DNA of 64,000 nucleotides from NCBI GenBank assembly GCA_964560085.1, contig CAZLKF010000001.1, forward strand, positions 184,794 to 248,793, read 5' to 3'. A program made the position numbers and the translations under genes. This document shows positions 51,901 to 60,904 of the stretch, in pieces. The notes beneath the pieces are model-generated. The model was given only the letters and a program-made list of their open reading frames with translations, made no database searches and was not told the DNA's origin. Positions within the stretch are counted from its first letter, which is position 1. Every line of letters starts with the position of its first letter. Source of the stretch: an uncultured Muribaculaceae bacterium (lineage in GTDB: Bacteria; Bacillota_I; Bacilli_A; RF39; UBA660).

Positions 51901-53892
51901 CTAACCTCCATAAATTTCCTTCGCAATTTTCATAATATCACTTAGACTATATTCATAATCATTATTATAATCAGCAGCTAGCAAGAATTCACCCTTTAAA
52001 ATGTTTTCATCGGCATATAGATATTTAGCAAGTTTCATAATATCAGCAAGAGTTAATTCCCCGTCTCCATTAACATCGCCTTTTAAGATTATTTTATAAC
52101 GCGTTTCATCACCTTCAACATTAACGCTAACTCCAGTCTTCATATTATCTTCATCAGCTAATGTTTGTTCTAAAACATCAATTAATGTATAAGGTTGAAG
52201 TAAATTAAATGTTGTTTTAAATGTTTGTATATCCATTAAATCAACTATTTTAAAGTAAAAAGCAATATCTGGATTTTTAGCATTACAAGTGCGATAAGCA
52301 TCTCTTATTCTAGCATAATTGTTTGAATTTAATATTAAATTAACAATATCTAAACAATTATTAAAAATTCCTGATAAATTAACTGTTTCATTTAAAACAA
52401 AACTACTTAAGTTTAAAGTTACTAAACTAGTACAACCACTGAACATATAAGTCATAGTTGTAACATTGCTAGTGTTAATTCCATCCAAATTTAAATTTTC
52501 AAGATTCTTACAACCATTAAACATATAAGTCATGCTTGTTACTTTGGTAGTATTAAAATCGCTTAAATTTAAAGTTGTTAAAGAAATACAACCATTAAAC
52601 ATATAAGCCATGCTTAAGACATTACTTGTATTAAAATGTGATAAATTCAAAGTTTCAAGGTTTTTACAACCGCTAAACATATAAGCCATACTAGTAACAC
52701 TAATTGTATTAAAACTAGTCAAATCAATTACATTCAACGATGTACATCCATTAAACATATCATACATGGTTGTCACCTTTGCTGTGTTAAAACTACTTAA
52801 ATTCAAATTTGTTAAAGAAATACAATCACGAAACATAGCCGTCATATTTGTAACTTCGGTTGTATCAAAATTAACTAGATTCAACATTGTTAATTTTTGA
52901 CAATCACGAAACATGCTTTCCATTGTTGTAACTTTACTCGTATTAAATGAACTCAAATTCAAAATAGACATATTGCTACATCCATTAAACATACTTTCCA
53001 TACTGATAACATTGGTAGTGTCAAAATTAAAAGTCAAAGTTGTTAAAGATGCACAATCATTAAACATATAGGCCATATTTGTAACTTTACTCGTATTAAA
53101 ACTGCTTAAATCTAAAGTTGTTAAAGAAGTGCATCCGTTAAACATACTAACCATATTTATAACATTTATTGTATTAAAACCAGTTAAATTTAAAGTTTTT
53201 AAACTCGTCAAACGATAAAACATGCTTTCCATAGTTATTACATTGTTTGTATCAAAATGACTTAAATCTAGGTTTTCTAAACCACTAGCTCTACTGAACA
53301 TATAAGCCATATTTGTAACTTTGCTTGTATTAAATGAACTCAAATTTAAGGTTATTAAACTACTACATTTATAAAATATGCTTTCCATATTTATAACATT
53401 ACTTGTGTTAAAATTGGTAAGATCTAAATTATTGAGTTTAGAGTCTCCACTAAACATACTTTCCATATTTATAACATTAATTGTATTTATGTTAGCAAAT
53501 GTAATATTTTCTAAATTTGTGAAACCTTTAAACATAATAGAAGAATTAGTTGGAAAATTAATGACTGCAGTACTACCAACATACATAATATAATTGTTTG
53601 TTACTTGATTGACTTCTAACCAAACAAAAACTTTTTCATCGCTCATTGTTAAATCTGTAATATCTTCTTTTATAAGAGCATTTGTATATTTTAAATTTAA
53701 GTTTTCATTTGTATCATTAATGAAATTAATTGTTTCAATTTTTGTTTTTTCTTGTTCAATTGCAACTGGCCAAAACAAACTTGAGGAATTTCTTTTCATG
53801 TAGCTTTCAGCAAATACCTTTGAAATTGATGCAAAAGAAAATAATGATATAAGAAAAAATATTGACAAAAATTTAGAAATAGATAATCTCAT
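51901..53892 (-). CDS. Secreted BspA-type leucine-rich-repeat protein with C-terminal dockerin
   Basis: Signal peptide; about 15 tandem ~23-aa LRRs (NLxxFNTSxVTNMxxMFxxCxSLTxL); C-terminus GDVNGDGELTLADIMKLAKYLY...AADYNNDYEYSLSDIMKIAKEIYG (two Ca-binding dockerin segments). Confidence 0.65.
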   Translation of the reverse strand: MRLSISKFLSIFFLISLFSFASISKVFAESYMKRNSSSLFWPVAIEQEKTKIETINFINDTNENLNLKYTNALIKEDITDLTMSDEKVFVWLEVNQVTNNYIMYVGSTAVINFPTNSSIMFKGFTNLENITFANINTINVINMESMFSGDSKLNNLDLTNFNTSNVINMESIFYKCSSLITLNLSSFNTSKVTNMAYMFSRASGLENLDLSHFDTNNVITMESMFYRLTSLKTLNLTGFNTINVINMVSMFNGCTSLTTLDLSSFNTSKVTNMAYMFNDCASLTTLTFNFDTTNVISMESMFNGCSNMSILNLSSFNTSKVTTMESMFRDCQKLTMLNLVNFDTTEVTNMTAMFRDCISLTNLNLSSFNTAKVTTMYDMFNGCTSLNVIDLTSFNTISVTSMAYMFSGCKNLETLNLSHFNTSNVLSMAYMFNGCISLTTLNLSDFNTTKVTSMTYMFNGCKNLENLNLDGINTSNVTTMTYMFSGCTSLVTLNLSSFVLNETVNLSGIFNNCLDIVNLILNSNNYARIRDAYRTCNAKNPDIAFYFKIVDLMDIQTFKTTFNLLQPYTLIDVLEQTLADEDNMKTGVSVNVEGDETRYKIILKGDVNGDGELTLADIMKLAKYLYADENILKGEFLLAADYNNDYEYSLSDIMKIAKEIYGG

Positions 53893-53949
53893 TACATCAC
53901 ATCCTCATATTCTACAATGTCAGTATAACATTATAGAACGTTTTTGTAA

Positions 53950-53978
53950 ACCAAAAAAGTCATGTTGAGCATGGCTTT
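53950..53978 (-). terminator. Rho-independent terminator
   Basis: AAGTCATG-TTGAG-CATGGCTT (one mismatch) followed by a T-run on the minus strand. Confidence 0.4.
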
Positions 53979-54360
53979 ATTCATAAGAATTGTCATAGTT
54001 TTTAGAAATATAATTTTGACATTTAACATAAGGTTCAATTACGATTGAATTATTATTTTTATTAATGATTGAATAACCAACACAATCATAATTAATTAAA
54101 TAATTTTGATTCTTTAAAGTAGTAATCTTAATTATTAAATTCTCACCATTTTGCAAATCACTATAATAATCCCTTATATACATTTCTGTTGCCGATTTTA
54201 ATAATTCTTCATAATTATTTTCTTGTGGCACTATATTTTCATCTGAAATGTCTTTAAAATTATTGTATAGCATAATATAGCAATACCAAAACAATAAGAA
54301 GAATAAAACAATAAAAAATATAAAATAACCAACTGTCATTCCTTTATTATTTAATAACAT
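53977..54360 (-). CDS. Small membrane protein, hypothetical
   Basis: N-terminal TM VGYFIFFIVLFFLLFWYCYIML; 14-nt overlap with the upstream gene. Confidence 0.3.
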   Translation of the reverse strand: MLLNNKGMTVGYFIFFIVLFFLLFWYCYIMLYNNFKDISDENIVPQENNYEELLKSATEMYIRDYYSDLQNGENLIIKITTLKNQNYLINYDCVGYSIINKNNNSIVIEPYVKCQNYISKNYDNSYE

Positions 54361-54979
54361 TAAAAATATTTTTCTCCAAACTTTTATTTAAAAAACGATA
54401 TAATTTTGCTGGTCTTCCTGTCGAAACTTCATTTTTTTCACCAGTTTCTTCGACTAATGGCAAGAATTTCTTTCGAAAATTCCGACGATCAATTTCTTCA
54501 TCTAAAACTTGTTCATAAATACTATGAAGTTCAGGAAAAGTAAAATCGGCAGGAAACAAAATTTTCAAATTTCCAAAATTTAATAATTCTCCTTTTAAAA
54601 TATTAATGGCATCTTTAATAATATCTCCATGATCAAAGGCCATTTTAGGAATCATAGCAATATCAAATAATTGATATTCAAATTCATAATTATGTAGTGC
54701 ATACTTATTTATTAATGTCATAAAACTAACCGCAATTGTTCTTCTTTCTTTGTTTCGATTAACATCACTAAAAGTATGACATTCTTTTAGTGACACATTT
54801 TTTAATTTAAATTTATTACATATTTTCGTAGCTGATGATTCTAAAGATTCGTCAACTTTTAAAAGACGACTTGGTAATTTCCAATTGTTAGTTGCTTCTT
54901 TTTTTAATAGAACAATCTTTAATCTTTCCTCATCAACAGTAAATATTGTTAAAAACACTTCTATTTGACACTCTATCAT
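54347..54979 (-). CDS. NrtR-like Nudix-related regulator (degenerate Nudix fold + C-terminal winged helix)
   Basis: C-terminus STGRPAKLYRF resembles the NrtR wHTH recognition region; no intact Nudix box seen. Weak call. Confidence 0.3.
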   Translation of the reverse strand: MIECQIEVFLTIFTVDEERLKIVLLKKEATNNWKLPSRLLKVDESLESSATKICNKFKLKNVSLKECHTFSDVNRNKERRTIAVSFMTLINKYALHNYEFEYQLFDIAMIPKMAFDHGDIIKDAINILKGELLNFGNLKILFPADFTFPELHSIYEQVLDEEIDRRNFRKKFLPLVEETGEKNEVSTGRPAKLYRFLNKSLEKNIFNVIK

Positions 54980-55065
54980 ATGTTCTCCTTTGCGTTATTA
55001 TTACACATCAATTATATAAAATTATTAATTTAATGTCAATAAGACAAAAGAAAAAATAACATTAG

Positions 55066-55425
55066 TTATTTTATCTCTATTTTATGACTTGCCGTTGCTT
55101 TTTCTGTTTTGGGAACATTTATTCTTAAAGTTCCCTCATTGTAAGTTGCACTAATACCTGTTTCATCAATATCACCAATATAGTAACTGCGTCGATATTC
55201 ACCATAAAATCTTTCTTTTTGAATATAATTATTCTCTTCACTATTGCGAATAGCAGAAATTGTCAAGTATCCTTTATTATAGTCTATTTTAATATCTTCT
55301 TTTTTAAAATTTGGCAAATCAGCAACTAATATATATTCAGATTCATTATCAATAATATCCGTTTTAATATTAGTTTCTTCTAAAATATCAAAATAATCTT
55401 TAAAACTACGTTGTAGATAATTCAT
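55066..55425 (-). CDS. Hsp20/alpha-crystallin small heat-shock protein
   Basis: ACD core and C-terminal GTLRINVPK; probable start MNYLQRS at 55425 (the track start 55458 is an N-terminal extension into clpC). Confidence 0.8.
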   Translation of the reverse strand: MNYLQRSFKDYFDILEETNIKTDIIDNESEYILVADLPNFKKEDIKIDYNKGYLTISAIRNSEENNYIQKERFYGEYRRSYYIGDIDETGISATYNEGTLRINVPKTEKATASHKIEIK

Positions 55426-57688
55426 ACACTTCCCCTTTCTTTTCAATAATTTGATCAATTAAACGTACTTCAATACAATCTTTAATATATTTATCAATTT
55501 TCCGTGCTCCATATTCTTGATAATTAATATTATCAATTATATCTTTTTTTATTTTGCTCGTATATTTTACTTTAATACCTTTACTTTTATACTTATCTTT
55601 TAATTCTGCAAGTTTCTTATTTATAATAATTGTGATATCTTCAATGGTTAAGTAGTTAAATCTAATTATGTTATCAAGCCGATTAATAAAAGAAGTTGAA
55701 AAATATTCTTTTAATTCGCTATTACCTTTATCATTGGAAAATCCTACTTTATTACTTTCATACCCAATATTTGAGGTCATAATAATTAAATAATTATCAA
55801 AGCGGATTGTTCTTCCCAACGAATCTTTTATTGAACTTTGATCTAAAATCTGCAAAAATAAGTTAATAACTGCTGGATGAGCTTTTTCAATTTCATCTAA
55901 TATTATTACACCACTATTGCGAACTCGAATTTCTTCAAAAAGATGATGATTATCTTCGTAACCAACATAACCAGGTGGTGAACCAATTAATTTACTAACG
56001 GCATAGGCCTCGGAATATTCGCTCATATCTAGGCGAATTATATTATTATGATTAATCAATTTAGCAAATTCATGAGCTAACAAAGTTTTACCAACTCCTG
56101 ATGGACCTAAAAAAAATAAAGAATAACATTTTGAATCATCTTTGTAACCAAGTTTTAAACGTTTAGCTATTTTTATAACTTGCAACAAAGCTTCATTTTG
56201 ACCAATTATTTTATTATTCAATTCTTCTTCAATTTTAGAAATGATTTTTACATCATCAGCCATAATCTCATAAATAGGCATTTTTGTCTTTGTGTTAATA
56301 ATGGTTGCGATATCATTTAAAGTTACTTCTTTAATTTGTTTTTCTTTAATGTTTTCAAGCTCCAATTCATTAATTGCATTATTTAATTTATTTTCTTCTT
56401 CTTTTAAAGATGATGCCAAATCATAATCGTGAACAATTATGGCATTATTTTTTTTAGAAATTACTTCATTCAATTTTTTATTCAATTCATTATACTCTTT
56501 CATTAAAGGTGTTTCTTTAATTGCAACCATCGCACAAGTTTCATCTAACACATCAATAGCTGCATCAGGTTGATTACGATCATATATATATTTATTAGTT
56601 AATTTAACTAACTGCGGTATTAATTCATCAGATACTTTAACTTGATGAAAATCAGCATAGATTTTTTTAATTTTGCTCAAAATATTTATCGTACTTTCCT
56701 GATTAGGTATTTCAATTAAAATTTTTTGAAATCTTCGTTCCAAAGCATGATCATTTTCAATAAATTTTTTATATTCATCCATTGTTGTAGCTCCAATTAC
56801 ACGAAATTTATTGCGCGCTAATGATGGCTTGAAAATATTCGAAGCATCGATTGCTCCTTCTGCGCCTCCGGCGCCTACTAAGGTATGAATTTCATCAATG
56901 AAAAGAATTATTTCATTGTTTTCTTCGACTTCTTTAATAATTTTTCTGATTCTTTCTTCAAATTCACCACGATATTTTGTACCAGCTACACTTGAGGCCA
57001 TATCTAAACTTATAATCCTTTTATTTTTTAATATATTTGGGACATCATCTGCGACAATCTTGCGTGCTAAGCCCTCAACAATTGCGGTTTTACCAACACC
57101 GGCTTCGCCAATTAAAATCGGGTTGTTTTTTGTCCTTCGTGAAAGGATTTCAATTAGTCTTCCAATTTCCTCTTCACGGTCAATTACTGGATCAAGTTCA
57201 TTATTAAGGGCCTTTTTAGTTAAATCTATTCCTAACTCATCAATTGTCAATTTTTTACCTTTTTTTATTCTTTGTTCTTTTAACGGATGAATAATTAATT
57301 CATCAATATTAATATCTAATTCAAGGAGAATTCGGTAAGCAATGCCGTCACCTTCTTCAATGATGCCATTAAATATTTCTTCAACACCCACTTCACCAGC
57401 TGCATCCTTCGCACTTTCAATTGCATATTCAATAATTCTTTTTAATAATGGAGTATATATAAATAAATCATTTGTTGTATCACCATAACCAATTGTTTCA
57501 ACTATCTCTTTTTTGAAGTCATCATATGTTAAACCTAAATTGTTTAATTTTTCACAAACAGAATTTTTTGTACTCATAATAGCTAATAAAACATGTTCTG
57601 TTCCAATATATGGATGCTTTAACTCAGATTTTTCTTTTTTTGCTAGCATTAATACTTTACGAGCTTCTTCCGTAAAATTAACGAACAT
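55406..57688 (-). CDS. clpC: Class III stress AAA+ ATPase ClpC-like (two AAA domains, single Clp_N repeat)
   Basis: Clp_N domain; AAA-1 GEAGVGKT and DEIH; coiled-coil middle; AAA-2 GPSGVGKT and sensor. Confidence 0.8.
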   Translation of the reverse strand: MFVNFTEEARKVLMLAKKEKSELKHPYIGTEHVLLAIMSTKNSVCEKLNNLGLTYDDFKKEIVETIGYGDTTNDLFIYTPLLKRIIEYAIESAKDAAGEVGVEEIFNGIIEEGDGIAYRILLELDINIDELIIHPLKEQRIKKGKKLTIDELGIDLTKKALNNELDPVIDREEEIGRLIEILSRRTKNNPILIGEAGVGKTAIVEGLARKIVADDVPNILKNKRIISLDMASSVAGTKYRGEFEERIRKIIKEVEENNEIILFIDEIHTLVGAGGAEGAIDASNIFKPSLARNKFRVIGATTMDEYKKFIENDHALERRFQKILIEIPNQESTINILSKIKKIYADFHQVKVSDELIPQLVKLTNKYIYDRNQPDAAIDVLDETCAMVAIKETPLMKEYNELNKKLNEVISKKNNAIIVHDYDLASSLKEEENKLNNAINELELENIKEKQIKEVTLNDIATIINTKTKMPIYEIMADDVKIISKIEEELNNKIIGQNEALLQVIKIAKRLKLGYKDDSKCYSLFFLGPSGVGKTLLAHEFAKLINHNNIIRLDMSEYSEAYAVSKLIGSPPGYVGYEDNHHLFEEIRVRNSGVIILDEIEKAHPAVINLFLQILDQSSIKDSLGRTIRFDNYLIIMTSNIGYESNKVGFSNDKGNSELKEYFSTSFINRLDNIIRFNYLTIEDITIIINKKLAELKDKYKSKGIKVKYTSKIKKDIIDNINYQEYGARKIDKYIKDCIEVRLIDQIIEKKGEVYELSTT

Positions 57689-57741
57689 TTTTTTCCTCCC
57701 TATTTATTCTATGTATATTATGTTCATTTAGCATTAGTTTT

Positions 57742-57781
57742 AAACAACAAAAAAATCTAAAACTTTTTGTTTTAGATTTTC
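57742..57781 (-). terminator. Rho-independent terminator of trxA
   Basis: AAATCTAAAAC-TTTTTG-TTTTAGATTT perfect inverted repeat with a minus-strand T-run. Confidence 0.5.
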
Positions 57782-58074
57782 TTACTTTCAAGCCAACTTT
57801 TTAATTCAGAAATCTCTTGATATCCAAGGCGTTTATCAATTAAATTTCCATCTTTAAATAAAAATAAACTTGGAATACTCATAATAGTATAATCTCTTGC
57901 TAATTCTTCAAATTCATCAACATTAACTTTTATAATATTATATTCTTTGCTTAATTCTTCTAAATTAGGAGCAAGCATTTTACAAGGCCCACACCAATTA
58001 GCATAAAAATCAACTAAAACTAATCCTTCTTTTATCAAATCGGCAAAATTATCTTCTTTAACTAGTACTTTCAT
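57772..58074 (-). CDS. trxA: Thioredoxin
   Basis: WCGPCK active site; 100 aa from MKVLVKED (RBS GGGAGG); the track ORF start at 58110 is an extension. Confidence 0.88.
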   Translation of the reverse strand: MKVLVKEDNFADLIKEGLVLVDFYANWCGPCKMLAPNLEELSKEYNIIKVNVDEFEELARDYTIMSIPSLFLFKDGNLIDKRLGYQEISELKSWLESKKI

Positions 58075-58792
58075 TTTTTTCCTCCCTATATTTCTGCAAA
58101 ACACTTTCAATATTATCTATTTGTAATTTTTCTTGTTCAACTAATTTGTCAGCTGAGTCAATTGATATTATATTGTATTTTAAGAAAATATCTAAAGCAT
58201 CTAAATTAAATTGTGTTTCGTTTTTGTCTTTTGAATAAACATCTTGTAGATATTCAAAATCTTGAATCATAACTACTGTTTCGTCTACCAAGCCTGATAA
58301 AACTGGTGTTTTTGTCAAAATATCATTACGATATTTTGATTCAGCCATCTGCCCTATATTAAAAACCGGCAATGATAAAATATATAGAAGAACAAATGTT
58401 ATAATATATCCTTCAATTGCTCCGACTACTGTTCCTGCAAGCTTTGAAGGAATACTTAATATTATTGTTGCTTTCAATATTTTTTCAATCAATTTTGTTA
58501 TTACAATAATTAATTTCAATAAAATGCTTAAAACAATCGCGACTATTAAAAATGCTAAAACCTCATAAAATAATATATTTACAACTGGAACATTTTTAAA
58601 AATTCCGCCAAATTTAAAAAATGGTAAATTTTCATATAATATAATTGATACGTAATTTTTGAATATAAATGATAATATTACGACCAATATTGTTCCTACA
58701 AAAGTGACAGTTGAATGCAAAAATCCACATTTTAGGCCAAGGAGTGCAAAGATAACAATGATTGCTAAAATTATGTAATCAACTATATTCAT
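58058..58792 (-). CDS. cvpA: CvpA-family membrane protein
   Basis: N-terminus MNIVDYIILAIIVIFALLG, four TM helices, C-terminal soluble extension; divergent from rnhC as in Bacillus. Confidence 0.65.
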   Translation of the reverse strand: MNIVDYIILAIIVIFALLGLKCGFLHSTVTFVGTILVVILSFIFKNYVSIILYENLPFFKFGGIFKNVPVVNILFYEVLAFLIVAIVLSILLKLIIVITKLIEKILKATIILSIPSKLAGTVVGAIEGYIITFVLLYILSLPVFNIGQMAESKYRNDILTKTPVLSGLVDETVVMIQDFEYLQDVYSKDKNETQFNLDALDIFLKYNIISIDSADKLVEQEKLQIDNIESVLQKYREEKNESTS

Positions 58793-58887
58793 TTTTTACC
58801 TCCATTTAAATTATATTATAATTTTTTAATAAAATAAAGTAATTTCAAAAAAAGTATGATAAAATACTATTGTAAGGATATGATGAT

Positions 58888-59835
58888 ATGACAATAACTG
58901 TAAAAATTACTGATAAAACAAAAGAAATGATGAATGATTTTTATAAGGATCAAGTACGTCCTAAAACGCCACAGTATGCTTGCTTTCAAGCCGATGATGG
59001 TGAAACTGTTGTAACCTTATATGAATCAGGAAAAGCTGTTTTTCAAGGAAAAGATGCCGATTTGGCTAGTGAGTATTGGATTGAAACTGAAAAGATTAAC
59101 GCCGGAAAGGTTGATTTTACTAATAGTGATGAAAAAGGAAAAAAAGAAAAGAAAGAGTTGAAGCGCGATCCTAATCTTTATCACGCGAATACAATTGGTT
59201 CTGATGAAGTAGGAACTGGTGATTACTTTGGTCCTATTGTTGTTACTGCCTGTTATGTTAATAAAGAAAACATTCCTTTTTTAGAAGAACTAGGTATCAA
59301 AGATTCTAAAAAAATGACTGATGACAAAATATTGGAAGTTGTTCCGAAAATTGTTAAAGTTGTTCCTTATAATACAGTTATCTTAAATAATAAAGAATAT
59401 AACGAACGATATAGTTCTGATATTAATATGAACGCGATAAAAGCAATTATGCATAATAAAGTTTTAAACAACATGGTTAAAGAAAATTATCAATACGAAT
59501 ATGCTGTTGTTGATCAATTTACTTATCCAGCATCATACTTTAGTTATTTAAAAAATAGTTCAAATGTTTTCCGCAATATTACATTTTTAACAAAAGCTGA
59601 GGATCAAGTTTTATCGGTTGCTTGTGCTTCTGTTATTAGTCGCTATGTTTTTATCAAAGAAATTGCTAAAATGAGTCGTGAACTTGGAATATTGATTCCT
59701 AAAGGTGCGAGCAATGCAGTTGATGAATGTGCTTTAAAAGTAATTAAAACATATGGACTAGAAAAATTAAATGAAGTTGTTAAATTAAGTTTTAAAAATA
59801 CTGAAAAAATCAAAGAAATGTTAAAAAGTGAGTAA
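58888..59835 (+). CDS. rnhC: Ribonuclease HIII
   Basis: N-terminal TBP-like domain; catalytic DEVGTGDYFGPIVV; 315 aa. Confidence 0.9.
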   Translation: MTITVKITDKTKEMMNDFYKDQVRPKTPQYACFQADDGETVVTLYESGKAVFQGKDADLASEYWIETEKINAGKVDFTNSDEKGKKEKKELKRDPNLYHANTIGSDEVGTGDYFGPIVVTACYVNKENIPFLEELGIKDSKKMTDDKILEVVPKIVKVVPYNTVILNNKEYNERYSSDINMNAIKAIMHNKVLNNMVKENYQYEYAVVDQFTYPASYFSYLKNSSNVFRNITFLTKAEDQVLSVACASVISRYVFIKEIAKMSRELGILIPKGASNAVDECALKVIKTYGLEKLNEVVKLSFKNTEKIKEMLKSE

Positions 59836-59850
59836 TCACTTTTTTTTATA
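59822..59850 (+). terminator. Rho-independent terminator of rnhC
   Basis: AGTGA-GTAA-TCACT followed by TTTTTTTT. Confidence 0.45.
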
Positions 59851-59871
59851 AAAAAAAATACTTAATGTATT

Positions 59872-60084
59872 TTATTTATCAACGCAAACACCTTTTCCTG
59901 GTTCTGAGCCTTCGACATAAACTTTATCAAACATAGTACAAGATGATTTAGTTATAGAGTCTTGTAAATAGCCTCCTAATAATTTAACCAAGCTAACTAC
60001 AATGACACTAATAACAGCAATTATAAGTAAATATTCAACTAACGCTTGTCCATTTTTATTTAACTTCATAATTTTCTCCTCCAC
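59872..60084 (-). CDS. Flp/Fap-family type IVb prepilin (orphan)
   Basis: 70 aa; leader MEEKIMKLNKNG, then QALVEYLLIIAVISVIV: Gly followed by E at +5 and Y at +6, then a hydrophobic helix, the hallmark Flp G/xxxxEY processing motif. Confidence 0.45.
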   Translation of the reverse strand: MEEKIMKLNKNGQALVEYLLIIAVISVIVVSLVKLLGGYLQDSITKSSCTMFDKVYVEGSEPGKGVCVDK

Positions 60085-60164
60085 TACTATATCTAATATA
60101 AGTTTATACTTTTTTTGCTATTTTGTCAAACAGAATTTTATGGTAAAATGTATATGGTGATTTT

Positions 60165-60443
60165 ATGAAAATTTGTCAGAGTTTTAAGGATCGATTAATA
60201 GGAAATATGTTTAAAAATGACATCATTGATATGTGCTTTCCAAAATGTAATAGCGTTCATACTTTTTTCACGAAAAAACCAATTGATATTATTATGACTG
60301 ATAAAGATTATAATGTTTTGTATGTTTTTAAATATATAAAACCTTATAGAATAATTTTACCAAAAAAAGGTGCTTATTATACATTTGAATTTAAGGTTAA
60401 TAAATATAATTACAAAATAAAAGACAAAGTAAATTTTAATTAA
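60165..60443 (+). CDS. DUF192-family protein
   Basis: 92 aa; pattern KDRLIGNMF...DMCFP...IDIIMTDKDYNVLYV resembles DUF192 (RGLMxR...LP.DxGMLF...DIxFxD..G.V). Confidence 0.45.
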   Translation: MKICQSFKDRLIGNMFKNDIIDMCFPKCNSVHTFFTKKPIDIIMTDKDYNVLYVFKYIKPYRIILPKKGAYYTFEFKVNKYNYKIKDKVNFN

Positions 60444-60459
60444 TACTTTGTCTTTTTTA
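60419..60459. terminator. Bidirectional terminator
   Basis: AAAGACAAAGTA...TACTTTGTCTTT 12-bp inverted repeat with T-run. Confidence 0.5.
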
Positions 60460-60835
60460 AAGATATTCCATTTAGCAGATAATCTTTTAGTACGTAAGTT
60501 CCCATCTCATATTTATACCCAATAGGTTCATCATTTTCGAATCTCAACTTATACCCTTCTGGAACTACATAAGTATATATGTTTTCATTGTTTTGGCCAA
60601 CAACAATACTCGGTTCAACATTAATTGTTACTTCTTTTAAAGCTTCTACCTCGACTGTTTCCAAAGCAAATGTCGCCCCAATTGTAGCAATAAGCCCAGC
60701 TGTTATAAGCAGCTTTTTAATTCTTCTTCTTTTTTTTGAATCATTAATAACTGTTGAATAATATACATCATCTTGATCGTAAGTATTATCAACATATGTT
60801 GGAAAACTTTTTTCTTCTTTAGCTTGATTTTTCAT
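60440..60835 (-). CDS. Membrane-anchored hypothetical protein
   Basis: 131 aa; RRRIKK, then TM LLITAGLIATIGATFAL. Confidence 0.3.
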   Translation of the reverse strand: MKNQAKEEKSFPTYVDNTYDQDDVYYSTVINDSKKRRRIKKLLITAGLIATIGATFALETVEVEALKEVTINVEPSIVVGQNNENIYTYVVPEGYKLRFENDEPIGYKYEMGTYVLKDYLLNGISLKKTKY

Positions 60836-60904
60836 ATTGTCCTCTCTCCAAGCGAATATTCTATCATAAAAATGTGATTAATACAAATTATTTTTTTATA
60901 AAAA

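Noticed and set aside
57689-57771. CtsR (GGTCAAA direct repeat) or CIRCE element upstream of clpC / hsp20
   Set aside because: Neither strand carries GGTCAAA-N-GGTCAAA or TTAGCACTC-N9-GAGTGCTAA. The region is mostly the trxA terminator hairpin.
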